Shown here: piece by piece, positions 25,201 through 36,727 of the stretch | Position numbering within the stretch: the first letter of the stretch is position 1 | Layout of the letters: every line of letters begins with the position of its first letter | NCBI GenBank assembly: GCA_008632985.1 | Contig: QPGO01000004.1 | Location: 124,001 to 188,000, forward strand | Length of the DNA stretch: 64,000 nt | DNA from: Psammoneis japonica | Lineage: Eukaryota | Direction: 5' to 3' | Translations under genes and position numbers: made by a program | Notes under the pieces: generated by a model | Databases searched by the model: none | Seen by the model: the letters and a program-made list of their open reading frames with translations, nothing else | What the model was told of the DNA's origin: nothing

Positions 25201-25446
25201 TATCTAATGTGTTTGGAGGGACAGCTCTAGCCGAAGCAATGTGGCATGCACTCAGATTGACACATGCTATCTATTGATAGATCTACTCTACCAGAGTGGC
25301 TCCAATGTGTTTCTCTCTAGATGCTAGATCCATCTACTAGAGCTTGGATGAAGATCCGAATGGTGGAAGTCACGAGACATCGTTCGATCGGTGGAGATTT
25401 TGTCGAGAGAGTATCTTCGTCCTGTGCAAATCTAACAGAATCAGCA

Positions 25447-27082
25447 TTATCTGCAGATAGACTCCCTAGCATCGATTTTGTGCTTTAGAGAGTCACTCCC
25501 AAGAGAGTTTAGACTCAGCTTCTCCAGATCCTTATTCGCATCGCTGCTTAATCGTTCTGCGTATTCGCTGCAGAAGTGCGTTGCTGGTGATCCGTGAACG
25601 CAACAGGGGCAAAAAAGGAATCGAACAGAACCTTTACAGTCCCGGTACCCATCTTTGAAGGTTCTGTTCGGCGATGAATAACCTTTCGATGTCGAATGGA
25701 TAAAGTAGGGGCCTTTGTCTCTTCGGAGCTTGAGTTCCATACCTACATGCCTAAAGTTCAGAGCTGGAATAGCACGGAAACCAAACATCATGTGTGTAGA
25801 ATTGGGCAACTTTGTTATCGGATCGCGGTGGTTCGCTACGCGGAGTACGTATAACTTGCGTTGTTTTTCTATAACCTATGTAGTTGCACAGGCACAAAGC
25901 GTGATTCTTAAACATCGCGTTTCTCGAGTCAAAGGAACAGAGACAATTTGCAATGGTCAGAACTGCAATAGAGCTAGTTCTACCGGACTTACCTCTACAG
26001 CATCGCGAAACGAGTCATTCCCAACCCGTGGAGACGCAAAGTTTAACGAGATCACCGGCAAAGTGATGTGGGGATTCGATGCAGTTGCAGCAGAAAAGAC
26101 AAACAAGGTGCTTAATGCAGCCCCGAGGCTGTGACCGGTTGAAAAGAGGTGGAACCCAGGATTCTCCTTCAATACGCCCTCCACCTCGCTCATAATTTTG
26201 TCAAATTTGCATATCTTTTGGTTCCTGCCTGTGCCGTAGAGGTATTGATGAAAACCAGCGTGAATCTTCAAGCCTTTTTCCATCGAAGCCACAGGGTTCG
26301 GTATGGTTTTCATCGATACATTTGCGTCTATCATCCAATCTTTCGGTGTCACTGAAAGACAATGCATTCACAAAAGTGAGGGAATTTTTTAATCTTACGA
26401 AATAGAGCGCTTCATTCGCAAGAAAGCATGCAAAGAGCTCACCTGATCCGCGAAATGTCACGACGACCCGTTTGTAAAGGCTGAAGGGAATTGAATCAAA
26501 GATCATATGAGACACCCTATCACACCCTTAGGACAAAAAGAACAGCACACATCCAAAATCCCACTCAGAGGGCTTACCGGTCCACTACTATCGAATACAC
26601 ACATTCGCTTTCGTTGTTCTCATCGTCAAACACCGACACTGTAGCTGGCGGTGCTGCACCTCTCGCGAAATCCAATTCCTTTCGTACTGCATCGATACAT
26701 CCCATGTATAATTCAGTCCCCTTTTTACCGAAGAATCGTTTTACTTCATCCTTGTGTTCCTCAAATGCATCGAACGCGAATTGGTCCGCTTTGCCTTCAT
26801 CTATTGAAAGGATTTCTTCTGCGGCGGACTCTCCGAGTTTACCTTTTCGCGCCAACTCCCTCAAGTCAGCAATTGCATATGTGAGGATGGAAGCTATATC
26901 GAGAGTTGAAACAGCAAATGGAAACCGTTTGTGGGCTCTACGCGCAGTGCACCTCAAACCGAGAACACACATCTTGACGTACCTCCAAGCAACAATTTCA
27001 AATCCTTGTACAAAGTATTTTCCGAAAGAGGGATTTCACCAGGCTTTGGAGACCTTTCCACTGCCATTTGCTTTGTCTCCAT
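25447..27082 (-). CDS. Class 3 lipase, multi-exon, copy 1
   Basis: Exons encode METKQMAVERSP..., VYSIVVD, VVVTFRGS, IHAGF, STGHSLGAAL, NFASPRVGN, RVANHRDPI; GT-AG introns. Confidence 0.88.
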
Positions 27083-27421
27083 CAGGGAATCGTCGCCCCC
27101 TGCTGTGTTCTTTGAAGTGCTGAGGTCGTTGTGCGTTTTTTTAGAAGAGACGCAGAACTCTAGCTAAGATAGAGTAGTCTGTCCGTCAGTTTTCTTGATT
27201 GATCGGCCATTGACCCCCGTTGATTAACGGTTTTGATGGCGGAAATGGCCTTCTCGGCTCGAGCTCGGCTTCTCACTAAATCGTTAGCTTTGCCGTGTTG
27301 AGAATGTTGAAGGTGTTTACGTAGAATCGTTCGTAGCCCCTGGTATGTTGGGGGCCCTACGACTGAATGTACTGGGTGGTGTGTGCCGAGGGGCCTCCAT
27401 CATCACAAAAAGAGCAAGAAA

Positions 27422-28886
27422 ATGGCGCGCCCGAAGAAAAAGGCGAGGCACCAGGGAAGGTTTGGTGCCCGAGCCCCTTCCGTATATGATGAAAATGGGC
27501 AAAGGCGTTTTCATGTTGGTCATCAGCATCGACTCCGCATGGTTTCTGATGGTGATGATGTGTGGAGACGCCGAAATGACAGTGACAGACGAAAGGGCAT
27601 GTGGGACTCTATCGTGCATCGTCATGGACGAGAAATGGGATTTTTGAGTCAGGACTCAAGCCCAGAGCTTGAAGAATGTGAGTCATCAAACCCTCTGTTT
27701 CAAGAAACGAGGGTGCGTGTAAACTCCATCCAGCACAAGCCCAAGAAATGCGCGGCTCGGGCCACGACCCAGAGCAATTTCGAGTGCTTTTTGAAGGCAA
27801 AATTCCCGAATGATCCACACACGCAGCATCTGAATGGATTGCTCCAAAAAACAGAGGATCGTCATATGAACCCATCAGTTGTTCTAATGAGACAGAAGTT
27901 GGAGCCACCGCGAGAAGAAAGTCTCATTCTGTCTTGCACGAAGTGCTTGCGAGACGGGGCTCCTGTTGGCAGGAGTTTGAAGCACGGAATGACATCCCTT
28001 GAGCTCAATTTATTGTCATGTACATTGATTAAGTTTTCACACTCGAAGGGTCTGAATTGCACTGCTGAGATTAAAAGGTGTTGGAGTCATGTGAGGAGGA
28101 GGATGATGTTGCTCGTGCTGAAGCTTTTGATCTCAAGGTTTTTCTGCCCAAGGCTTGGGATCAGCTCTGGCGACAAACTCCAGGCCTTTCTCACACAAAA
28201 AAAAGGTTCGCATTTGGTTGAGACTGCTTGGTCAGCTCTCTGTCATTGGGCATGCATCAGATGTGTCTGAGCACTGTCCTTTGGTGTCTAAGACAACTCT
28301 GCCTCCTGGGTCGTCGACTGCAAATTGGCTAAAGGATGGGACGCCTTGGCACTTGGACATTTCTTTTGTCGACTGGAAGGGCAGGAAAGCAACAAACGTC
28401 GGGAATCCACACCACATTCGAATTTGTCATAATCCAAAAAACTTGAAATATGACCCAGTGACTTGGATGCTTAAGGAACGGCGTTGTCGTGGTGAAGTCG
28501 AAACAAGGAAGCCGGACGCTCCAGCATTTTTTTTCGTTTCGGAGCAAACTTGGAACAAGCAGCTCAAGAGGTGCATTTGCAAGCCACTGGGACTGTCACA
28601 CACGTCCCACAGCATTCGCCGCTCGGCCGCTCAGTGGGCTTCTCGTTGCGGTGCCAACATTGCCGTTGTTCGAAACGTTGGTCGATGGGAGTGTCTGGCG
28701 GAATTACTTGAGTGCGTCGCCAAGGGAAACAAACGGAATCGTCTTGCGAGTGAAGACGACGAAGACCCAATTTTTAAGTTTTGGCCGTTCTTTCCCAAAA
28801 CGTCCGTGACGGCCTTGGCCACCACCACAGAACAAGCCAATGCAATGCAGTCAAGGGCGCCAACGGTCCGTTTCAACCAGTTTTAA
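27422..28886 (+). pseudogene. Tyrosine recombinase (Crypton/DIRS-type YR), left arm, frameshifted and hypermutated
   Basis: Joined ORFs 27383..28270 and 28155..28886: MARPKKKAR (NLS-like)...IG[H]ASD...WKGRK...HSIRRSAAQWA...VGRW...LLE[C]V, matching R..K..HxxR..W..Y once CGT>CAT and TAC>TGC are reverted. Confidence 0.8.
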
Positions 28887-30041
28887 AAACAACAGCAGTC
28901 ATTCTCATGTTGAACTCTTGTCTTTTTTTGAAACTAGAGGCAGTCGCTCTGCTGTTGTCAGTTTTGTCTTGACATGACTGATGCAAGTCTCGCACGACTG
29001 ATGTCAGTCTCATGCCAGAAGTTGACACAAAGCTGTTTTGGACATCTGCCACTCGTCGGCTTTCTTGATTCGCCGAGTCGCCCGTAGAATGATTGTTGTG
29101 CTGGTTGGACGCAAGCTTCTCCCAGTCTGGATTTTGAATCTGAGCTTCAGTCTTCAGCTCGCTACATTTTGACAACATTTCTGCCTGCTTGAGATTGATC
29201 TCATGTGGCAGTGTTCCAAGTTTCTTAATCGTCCAATGAGCTTTTCGGCACTGTGCAAGCTTCGAGTCACCGCCAAGATTGTGCCTCTTGAGTTCAGCAG
29301 ACGACCACAGGTGGATTGGAGAATGCACTTGATTTCTTGTTTCATCTGCAACCTTTTCTTCATGTGCACGGACCACTGCAGTGGCATGTGTCTCCTCTTC
29401 TGTTTTAAAATGCAACTTTGAAACAAAATTCTTGTTCCCCCCACCTTGTGGTAGAGTCAATGTCGACGGAGGCAACCGCTTGCCAAGTGGTGCTGAGTCC
29501 GGCACTTGTTCTTGCCGGGGAGGAGCTGGCAGGCAAGAAGGATCCATCACATGATTTGCCTGCACCTGGCGAAACCCATGACAAATCATTTCATCTCTCA
29601 TGGCTTCTGTTGAAACAGAAAACAATTCGTCAGTGAATGGATTTGCAAAAAACAACGCATCTTTGAAAAGAGCGACTTGCTCCAACACAATCGGCCGTGT
29701 AGACTGATTGGTCACTCCGGCCCCAGCAACGGCACCACACTCGTTGATGCCACATTTTGTCAAATGGCACTCGGCATCCCTTTCAAAGGAGTCCAGGTTG
29801 AACTCCCCAAATTCCTTGTCCCAATCCCTTGTTGCTGACATCGTGTCGAACAACTCTTCAACAGTTTGTGACGGTGGATGGGGGCAAATCGAAGCCATCT
29901 CGCCATCAGAGTCTCCAGCTTTGGCATCATTGGCCATGTTGTCAGCCATGTCGAGGGCTTGATTCACATCTGACGAGTCTAAAAACGGCGACGTGACACA
30001 TGAAAATGCAGCTCGTCATCATCGTTCTTTTGAGAAATCAT
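28873..30041 (-). pseudogene. ORF2 of the YR element (unknown protein, ~390 aa), left arm, convergent with YR
   Basis: 364 aa ORF 28873..29967; probable upstream ATG at 30041 separated by an indel; mirrored at 30393..31560. Confidence 0.6.
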
Positions 30042-30392
30042 CAGCTGGAGCTCGGAGGGAGAGGTGGGGTTTCCCGTGTTGACCGGGGGTTCGAGTCTCG
30101 TTGATCACCGCAGACGCTCCGCAGGTGCCTGCACTGGAGGTTTCGTTCATCGAGGCCCTCGATCAATGATCGACCCACAGAAAGCTGCCTCCACAGCTGG
30201 CAGGTCACGCTTGCACCCCCTGCGCACTGCTCTGTTGGTTCAGAGGTGGCTTTCTGCGGGTCGATCATTGATCGAGGGCCTCGATCAACGAAGCCTCCAG
30301 TGCAGGCACCTGCGGAGCATCTGCGGTGATCAACAAGACTTGAACCCCCGATCAACGTGGGAAACCCCACCTCTCCCTCTGAGCTCCAGCTG

Positions 30393-31560
30393 ATGATTTC
30401 TCAAAAGAACAATGATGACGAGCNTGCATTTTCATGCGTCGTGTCACCGTTTTTGGACTTGTCAGATGTGAATCAAGCCCTCAACATGGCTGACAACATG
30501 GCCGATGATGCCGAAGCCGGAGACTCTAATGGCGAGATGGCTTCGATTCACCCCCATCCAGTCACAAACTGTTGAAGAGTCATTCGACGCGACATCAGCA
30601 ACAAGGGATTGGGACAAGGAATTTGGGGAGTTCAACCCGGACTCCTTTGAAAGGGATGCCGAGTGCCATTTGACAAAATGTGGCATCAACGAGTGTGGTG
30701 CAGTTGCTGGGGCCGGAGTGACCAATCAGTCTACACGGCCAATTGCATTGGAGCAAGTCGCTCTTTTCAAAGATGTGTCACCTTTTGCGAATCCATTCAC
30801 TGACGAATTGTTTTCTGTTTCAACAGAAGCCATGAGAGACGAAATGATTCGTCGTGGGTTTTGCCAGGTGCAGGTGAATCATGTGATGGATCCTTCTTGC
30901 CTGCCAGCTCCTCCCCGGCAAGAACAAGTGCCGGATTCAGCACCACTTGGCAAGCGGTTGCCTCCGTCGACGTTGACTCTACCACAAGGTGGGGGGAATA
31001 AGAATTTTGTTCCAAAGCTACATTTTAAAACAGAAGAGGAGACACATGCCACTGCAGTGGTCCGTGCACATGAAGAAAAGGTTGCAGATGAAACAAGAAA
31101 TCAAGTGCATTCTCCAATCCACCTGTGGTCATCTGCTGAACTCAAGAGGCACAATCTCGGCGGTGACGCGAAGCTTGCGCAGTGCCGAAAAGCTCATTGG
31201 ACAATTAAGAAACTTGGAACACTGCCACATGAGATCAATCTCAAGCAGGCAGAAATGTTGTCAAAATGTAGCGAGCTGAAGACTGAAGCTCAGATTCAAA
31301 ATCCAGACTGGGAGAAGCTTGCATCCAACCAGTGCAACAATCATTCTGCGGGCAACTCGGCGAATCAAGAAAGCCGACGAGTGGCAGATGTCTAAAATGG
31401 CTTTACGTTAACTTCCAGTGTGAGACTGACATTGGTCACATGAGACTTGCACCAGTCATGTCAAGACAAAACTGACAACAGCAAAGCGACTGCCTCCAGT
31501 TTCAAAAAAAGCTGAGAATTCAATGTAAGAATGACTGCTGTCATTTTTTAAACTAGTTGA
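30393..31560 (+). pseudogene. ORF2 of the YR element, right arm (frameshift ~30560, premature stop 31395)
   Basis: ORFs 30357..30575 and 30505..31395 nearly identical to 28873..29967. Confidence 0.6.
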
Positions 31561-33007
31561 AACGGACCATTGGTGCCCTTGACCGCATTGCATTGGCTTG
31601 TTCTGTGGTGGTGGCCAAGGCCGTCACGGACGTTTTGGGAAAGAACGGCCAAAACTTAAAAATTGGGTCTTCGTCGTCTTCACTCGCAAGACGATTCCGT
31701 TCATTTCCCTCGGCGACGCACTCAAGTAATTCCGCTAGACACTCCCATCGACCAACGTTTCGAACAACGGCAACATCGGCACCGCAACAAGAAGCCCACT
31801 AAGCAGCCGAGTGGTGAATGCTGTGGGACGTGTGTGACAGTCCCAGTGGCTTGCAAATGCACCTCTTGAGCTGCTTGTTCCAAGTTTGCTCCGAAACAAA
31901 AAAAAATGCTGGAGCATCCGGCTTCCTTGTTTCGACTTCACCACGACAACGCCATTCCTTAAGTGTCCAAGTCACTGGGTCGCATTTCAAGTTTTTTGGA
32001 TTATGACAAATTCGAATGTGGTGTGGATTCCCGACATTTGTTGCTTTCCTGCCCTTCCAGTTGACAAAAGAAATGTCCAAGCACCGAGGCGTCCCATCCT
32101 TTGGCCAATTTGCAGTTGATGACCTAGGAGGCAGAGTTGTCTTGGACACCAAAGGACAGTGCTCAGACACATCTGATGCATGCCCAACAACAGAGAGCTG
32201 GCCAAGTAGCCTCGACCAAATGCGAACCTTTTTCGTGCAAGAAAGGCCTGGAGTTTGTCACCAGAGCTGATCCCAAGCCTTGGGCAGAAAAACCTCGAGA
32301 TCAAAAGCTTCAGCGCGAGCAACATCATCCTCCTCCTCATGTGATTCCAACACCTTTTTAATCTCAGCAGTGTGATTCAGACCCTTTGAGTGTGAAAACT
32401 CAATCAATGCACATGACAACAAATTGAGCTCGAGGGATGTCATTCCATGCTTCAAACTCCCACCAATGGGAACCCCGTCTCGCAAGTGCTTCGTGTGAGA
32501 CAGAATGAGACTTTCTCGCAGTGGCTCCAACTTCTGTCTCATTAGAACAACTGATGGGTTCACATGACGATCCTCTGTTTTTTGGAGCAATCCATTCAGA
32601 TGCTGCGTGTGTGGATCATTTGGGAATTTCGCCTTCAAAAAGCACTCGAAATTGCTCTGGGTCGTGGCCCGAGCCGCACATTTCTTGGGCTTGTGCTGGA
32701 TGGAGTTCACATGCACCCTCGTTTCTTGAAACAGAGGGTTTGATGACTCACATTCTTCAAGCTCTGGGCTTGAGTCCTGACTCAAAAATCCTGTTTCTCG
32801 TCCATGACGATGCACGATAGAGCCCCACATGCCCTTTCGTCTGTCACTGTCATTTCGGAGTCTCCACACATCATTGCCATCAGAAACCATGCGGAGTCGA
32901 TGCTGATGACCAACATAAAAACGCCTTTGCCCATTTTCATCATGTGCGGAAGGGGCTCGGGCACCAAACCTTCCCTGGTGCCTCGCCTTTTTCTTCGGGC
33001 GCGCCAT
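31548..33007 (-). pseudogene. Tyrosine recombinase, right arm, disrupted
   Basis: ORFs 32258..33046 and 31799..32170 mirror the left-arm YR; HSIRR has become HSIHH; internal stops. Confidence 0.78.
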
Positions 33008-33879
33008 TTTCTTGCTCTTTTTGTGACGATGGAGGCCCCTCGGCACACACCACCCAGTGCATTCAGTCGCAGGGCCCCCAACATGCCAGGGGCTGTGAAC
33101 GATTCTACGTGAACACCTTCAACATTCTCAATGGCAAAGCCAACGATTTAGTGAGAAGCCGAGCTCGAGCCGAGAAGGCCATTTCCGCCATCAAAACCGT
33201 TAATCAACGGGGGTCAATGGCCGATCAATCAAGAAAACTGACAGACAGACTGCTCCATCTTAGCCAGAGAGAGGGCCTCTGCTCTGGAGGCAAAAAAAGG
33301 GTTCAGGGGGGGAGGTGGGGCTCCCCAGTTTATTTGTCTGGCAAGATGGGTTATGAGCCACTAGGAGGTGCCACGTAGGAGCAGTCTCCAGCACGCACTC
33401 AGCAGCACGTGGCACGGACCACGACGAGAGCATGGTGCACAGAGCACGGTCACAGTGCACGCAAACTGCAATGAAGATGCCATCCATTGCAAGAAGATGC
33501 CATTGAACAAACACACCATGGAAGATGATGCGCCTGCTGCGGATGAGTCTTTTCTCTCCTGAGGAACTTGTTCAATGAGAACCAAACAAGAGTTCTCAGA
33601 CAAGATCGCACACTCTCTCTCTTTCTTGCATGCAGCAAAAGGCCTGTCTGGGTGCCTGGCCAGAGCAGACTGCAGTTTGATGTGTGCAATGGATTGCATG
33701 ATGATGGTTCAACCTAGACTGGTGCCATGCTGTAGAGGGCATAATCCCCAGGTTTGACAGGCAGTGTGATGCATTCCAAAAACTGGGCCCCCACTTTTTT
33801 GTCGGGGGGGGGGTCCCTTTTTGTTGCGAAGTGCTCCCCCCACAGCTCTGTGTCAGAGGAAGCCACCAATCGAGCCAAG

Positions 33880-35575
33880 CTGCACTTGTTTTGCGCCATG
33901 CCATGCCACAAGTGCAGGTGTGAAGTGCCGCGGGACTACAAACATGCCTTGGCCCTTGATGAGCACAATGGCAGCCACAAGTGGGGAGATGCAACAGACC
34001 TCAAGATGACTCAACTGGGCAAGTGCAAAGTCTTCCATGATTGTGGGCACTGCAAGGACTCTGGCACCCCACCAGCAGGGCACAAGAAGATTTGGGCGCA
34101 CCTTGTCTGCGATGTCAAACATGACGGCAGGCACGAAGCATGGCTGTTTGCTGATGGGCACCTCACAGACATGCCCGCAGACAGTGTCCATTCTGGTGCA
34201 GCATCCCTCCCTGGCCTCCGACTGATGATCTTCCCAGCTGAGCTCAATGAGCTGCTGGAGACATGGGCAGCCAATGCTGGCAATTCCCGCCTCGAAGCCA
34301 CAGCCAAGGAGAAACTGCACATCATTGCAGGTCCCGAATTTTTAGATTTGGAAGGACACACCCTTGTCATCCACAAGGCTCTGCATGGTCTCTGCAGCTC
34401 TGGCCTCAGGTGGCATGAGCATTTTGCCAATTGTCTGCGAGCTGAAGGGCTCTTCCCACACTGTGCCAAACCCGACATCTGGTTGCACTGGAATGGTGAC
34501 CACCATTGTGATCATGTGGCAGCACATGCAGACGACCTGGCCTTTGCCATGAAAGATCCCCAGGTCTTTGTCTGCAATCTCATGGAGAAACGCAAGCTCA
34601 AGCTCAAGGGCACTGGACCACTGGAGTTTCACCTTGGTTGCAACTTCTCTTGCAACTCCGATGGCACATTGTGCCTTGCTCCTTGCAAGCATGTTGAATG
34701 CATGGTTGAGAATTGCGCGTGCCTTTTTGAGGAGAATCCTTGTGCTGATGTGCTGCCCCCTCTCAAAAAGGGAGACTGCCCCAAGCTCAACACCTTCAAA
34801 GAACTGCTGGAACCCGATGGCAGCATCCTCTTCAACTTCAGTCCTCAGTTGGTTCCCTGCAATGGGCTGCATTGCTTGGTCACATTGACATCACTGTGGC
34901 TGTCATGTCTCTCTCTCTCTTTCTGGCTTCCACATGGCACCCTGTCAAGGCCATCTGGACCATGCCAAATGGTGTCTGTGGACACTTGTCCAAGATGTGA
35001 CATGGTGCCCTGTGTGTGCACACCACTGAGGAACCTGATGTGGAGGAATTGATTCCCAAAGATGTGCCCAAGCCTCTTGGCAAGTTTGTCACCAGCATGA
35101 CTCACTGTGCTGTGATTTGAGCTTGTTCCATTGCATGCTCGCTGGACGTTCCGTCACAGCAGGCATCACTCATTTCCTCAACAAGTTTCTGGCTGATCAG
35201 TTCTCCCAAGAAACAAGCCAAGGTTGAGACTGCAACTTGTAGATCTGAGTTTGTTGCTGCCAGGACATGTGTTGAACAGATCATCAATCTGCACATCACA
35301 TTGCATTGCCTTGGCATCCTCATCTGTGGCACATGTTGCATGTTTGGGGACAACAAGTTTTTGTTGTGGACAGTGCCACCATCCTGCACTCCAAGTTGCA
35401 CAACAAGCAACAACCACCTTCTCATTCCATTGTGCGCATGAGGTGATTGCCTCTGGTTTCCTTGAGTTTCACTTTGTCAAAGGTTTTCCTGCAACCATGC
35501 TGACACCCTCAGCAAACACTGGGGTCACTCCCAGCCAGGTTTGGAACCTTCTCTGTCCCCTCATGTTTTGGAGCT
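33880..35575 (+). mobile_element. Ty1/copia LTR-retrotransposon relic (reverse transcriptase + RNase H), hypermutated
   Basis: PRDYKHALALD..KW, HLVCDVKHDGRHEAWLFADGHLT, KALHGLCSSG, VAAHADDL (from YVDD); downstream KKQAKVETAT.SEFVAARTCVEQ, MFGDNK, HEVIASG, ADTLSKHWG. No LTR recognised. Confidence 0.92.
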
Positions 35576-36495
35576 TCAATCCTGAGGCCTTCAGTCAATC
35601 CAACTTTGAAGCTGTTGCTGTGGACTCCTCAAGCAAAACTGTGGAATGACAGGATTTAAACAAGATTTTAGTTTGTCGCGCACAATTGTGTGTGCTCTTG
35701 GCTCCACATGCAACTTTTGATGCAGTTTTCTTTTGAGCCACTTGGCTCACAAGAACAATGGCAGCATTGCCAACATTGCTCAACCCCAGTCTTTTGGTTC
35801 CTGCAATGGTCTCTGCACAGAGATTCATCTGCCATTTAGACAGCAGAAAGGAGTCATTGGTTTCTTCCACCCATTTCCTCTTCAATTCTGTGAGGGAGGT
35901 TGCACACTGCAATGTTGTGATCATTTGACAAACAGCCAAAAGATGCAAAATGTCTTTTGAAATGTTGGTGGGAACCAATGACTGGGTTTGCTTCACCGAT
36001 GACATCCAAGCCAGCAAACTTCAACTTTTTTTGCTGTTGTTGATGAAAAGCAAGGCTGGGGCTCAGCAGCTGGCAGCATGATTTTTTGATGACCACAGAC
36101 CACCTTGAGGAGTTTGTCCAACTGATCAGGGTGAGTTTGTTCATCTGACCAGGGTGTGACTGCAAATGTTGGAATTGGTGTTGTGACAGAGAGAGAAGAA
36201 AGCAACAAGCAAAGTGCGCCATCAGATTTGTCGAAAGCTGCCAGCAGCTGCACATGCCAAAAATCACAGCAGACAGCAACACAAGCTTTTTGATTTGAGA
36301 TTGAGTGACACACATTTTGTCACACAAATGGGTGCATAAAAACAAGCACCACAATGATGAGAAAGAGCACAGCAGCAGCACGATGCTGGCTCTCTCTGGC
36401 AATGTTCCACAGCCACGGTGCGCGCACTGACATGCCATGTCATGAAAGAGGGGCCTCAAGGATGGGAGCAGATGAAGAAGAAAGTCACAAAAAAA

Positions 36496-36727
36496 AAGGC
36501 TTGCAGAGATTCTCTGGATTCAAATTGTCAATCGGATGGACAGAAATTCCAGAAGAAGAGGGGCACAACACTGTGAAAAAAGCAAGGTCAACCTCACAGG
36601 GGAAACAGGACAAGAACAACAAACAGTTCACTCATGTCACGCCGTTCAAGGACAATGTTGGGGAACCAGAAAAGGAGACAGAAAAGGAGAGCAGCACCAA
36701 CACAGAAGGCTTGCAGAGATTCTCTGG
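36496..36727. repeat. 22-bp direct repeat AAGGCTTGCAGAGATTCTCTGG, two copies 210 bp apart
   Basis: Copies at 36496-36517 and 36706-36727; each contains the inverted repeat CAGAGA-T-TCTCTG. Confidence 0.85.

Larger units (their letters stand above)
27158..33269. mobile_element. ~6.1 kb palindrome: two head-to-head copies (27158-30193 and 30241-33269) of a ~3 kb tyrosine-recombinase element, ~47 bp spacer
   Basis: Arms are reverse complements wherever compared (ends ctctagctaagatagagtagtctgtccgtc vs gacagacagactgctccatcttagccagag); ORF pairs are mirrored in the ORF track. Confidence 0.92.

Noticed and set aside
30078..30110. GGTTCGAGTC B-box/tRNA T-loop-like motif
   Set aside because: Flanking stem pairs poorly and no cloverleaf or A-box could be built.
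27158..33269. Palindrome as a fold-back sequencing chimera
   Set aside because: Arms differ at many sites in a context-specific, reciprocal way that random read error would not produce; read confirmation is still desirable.
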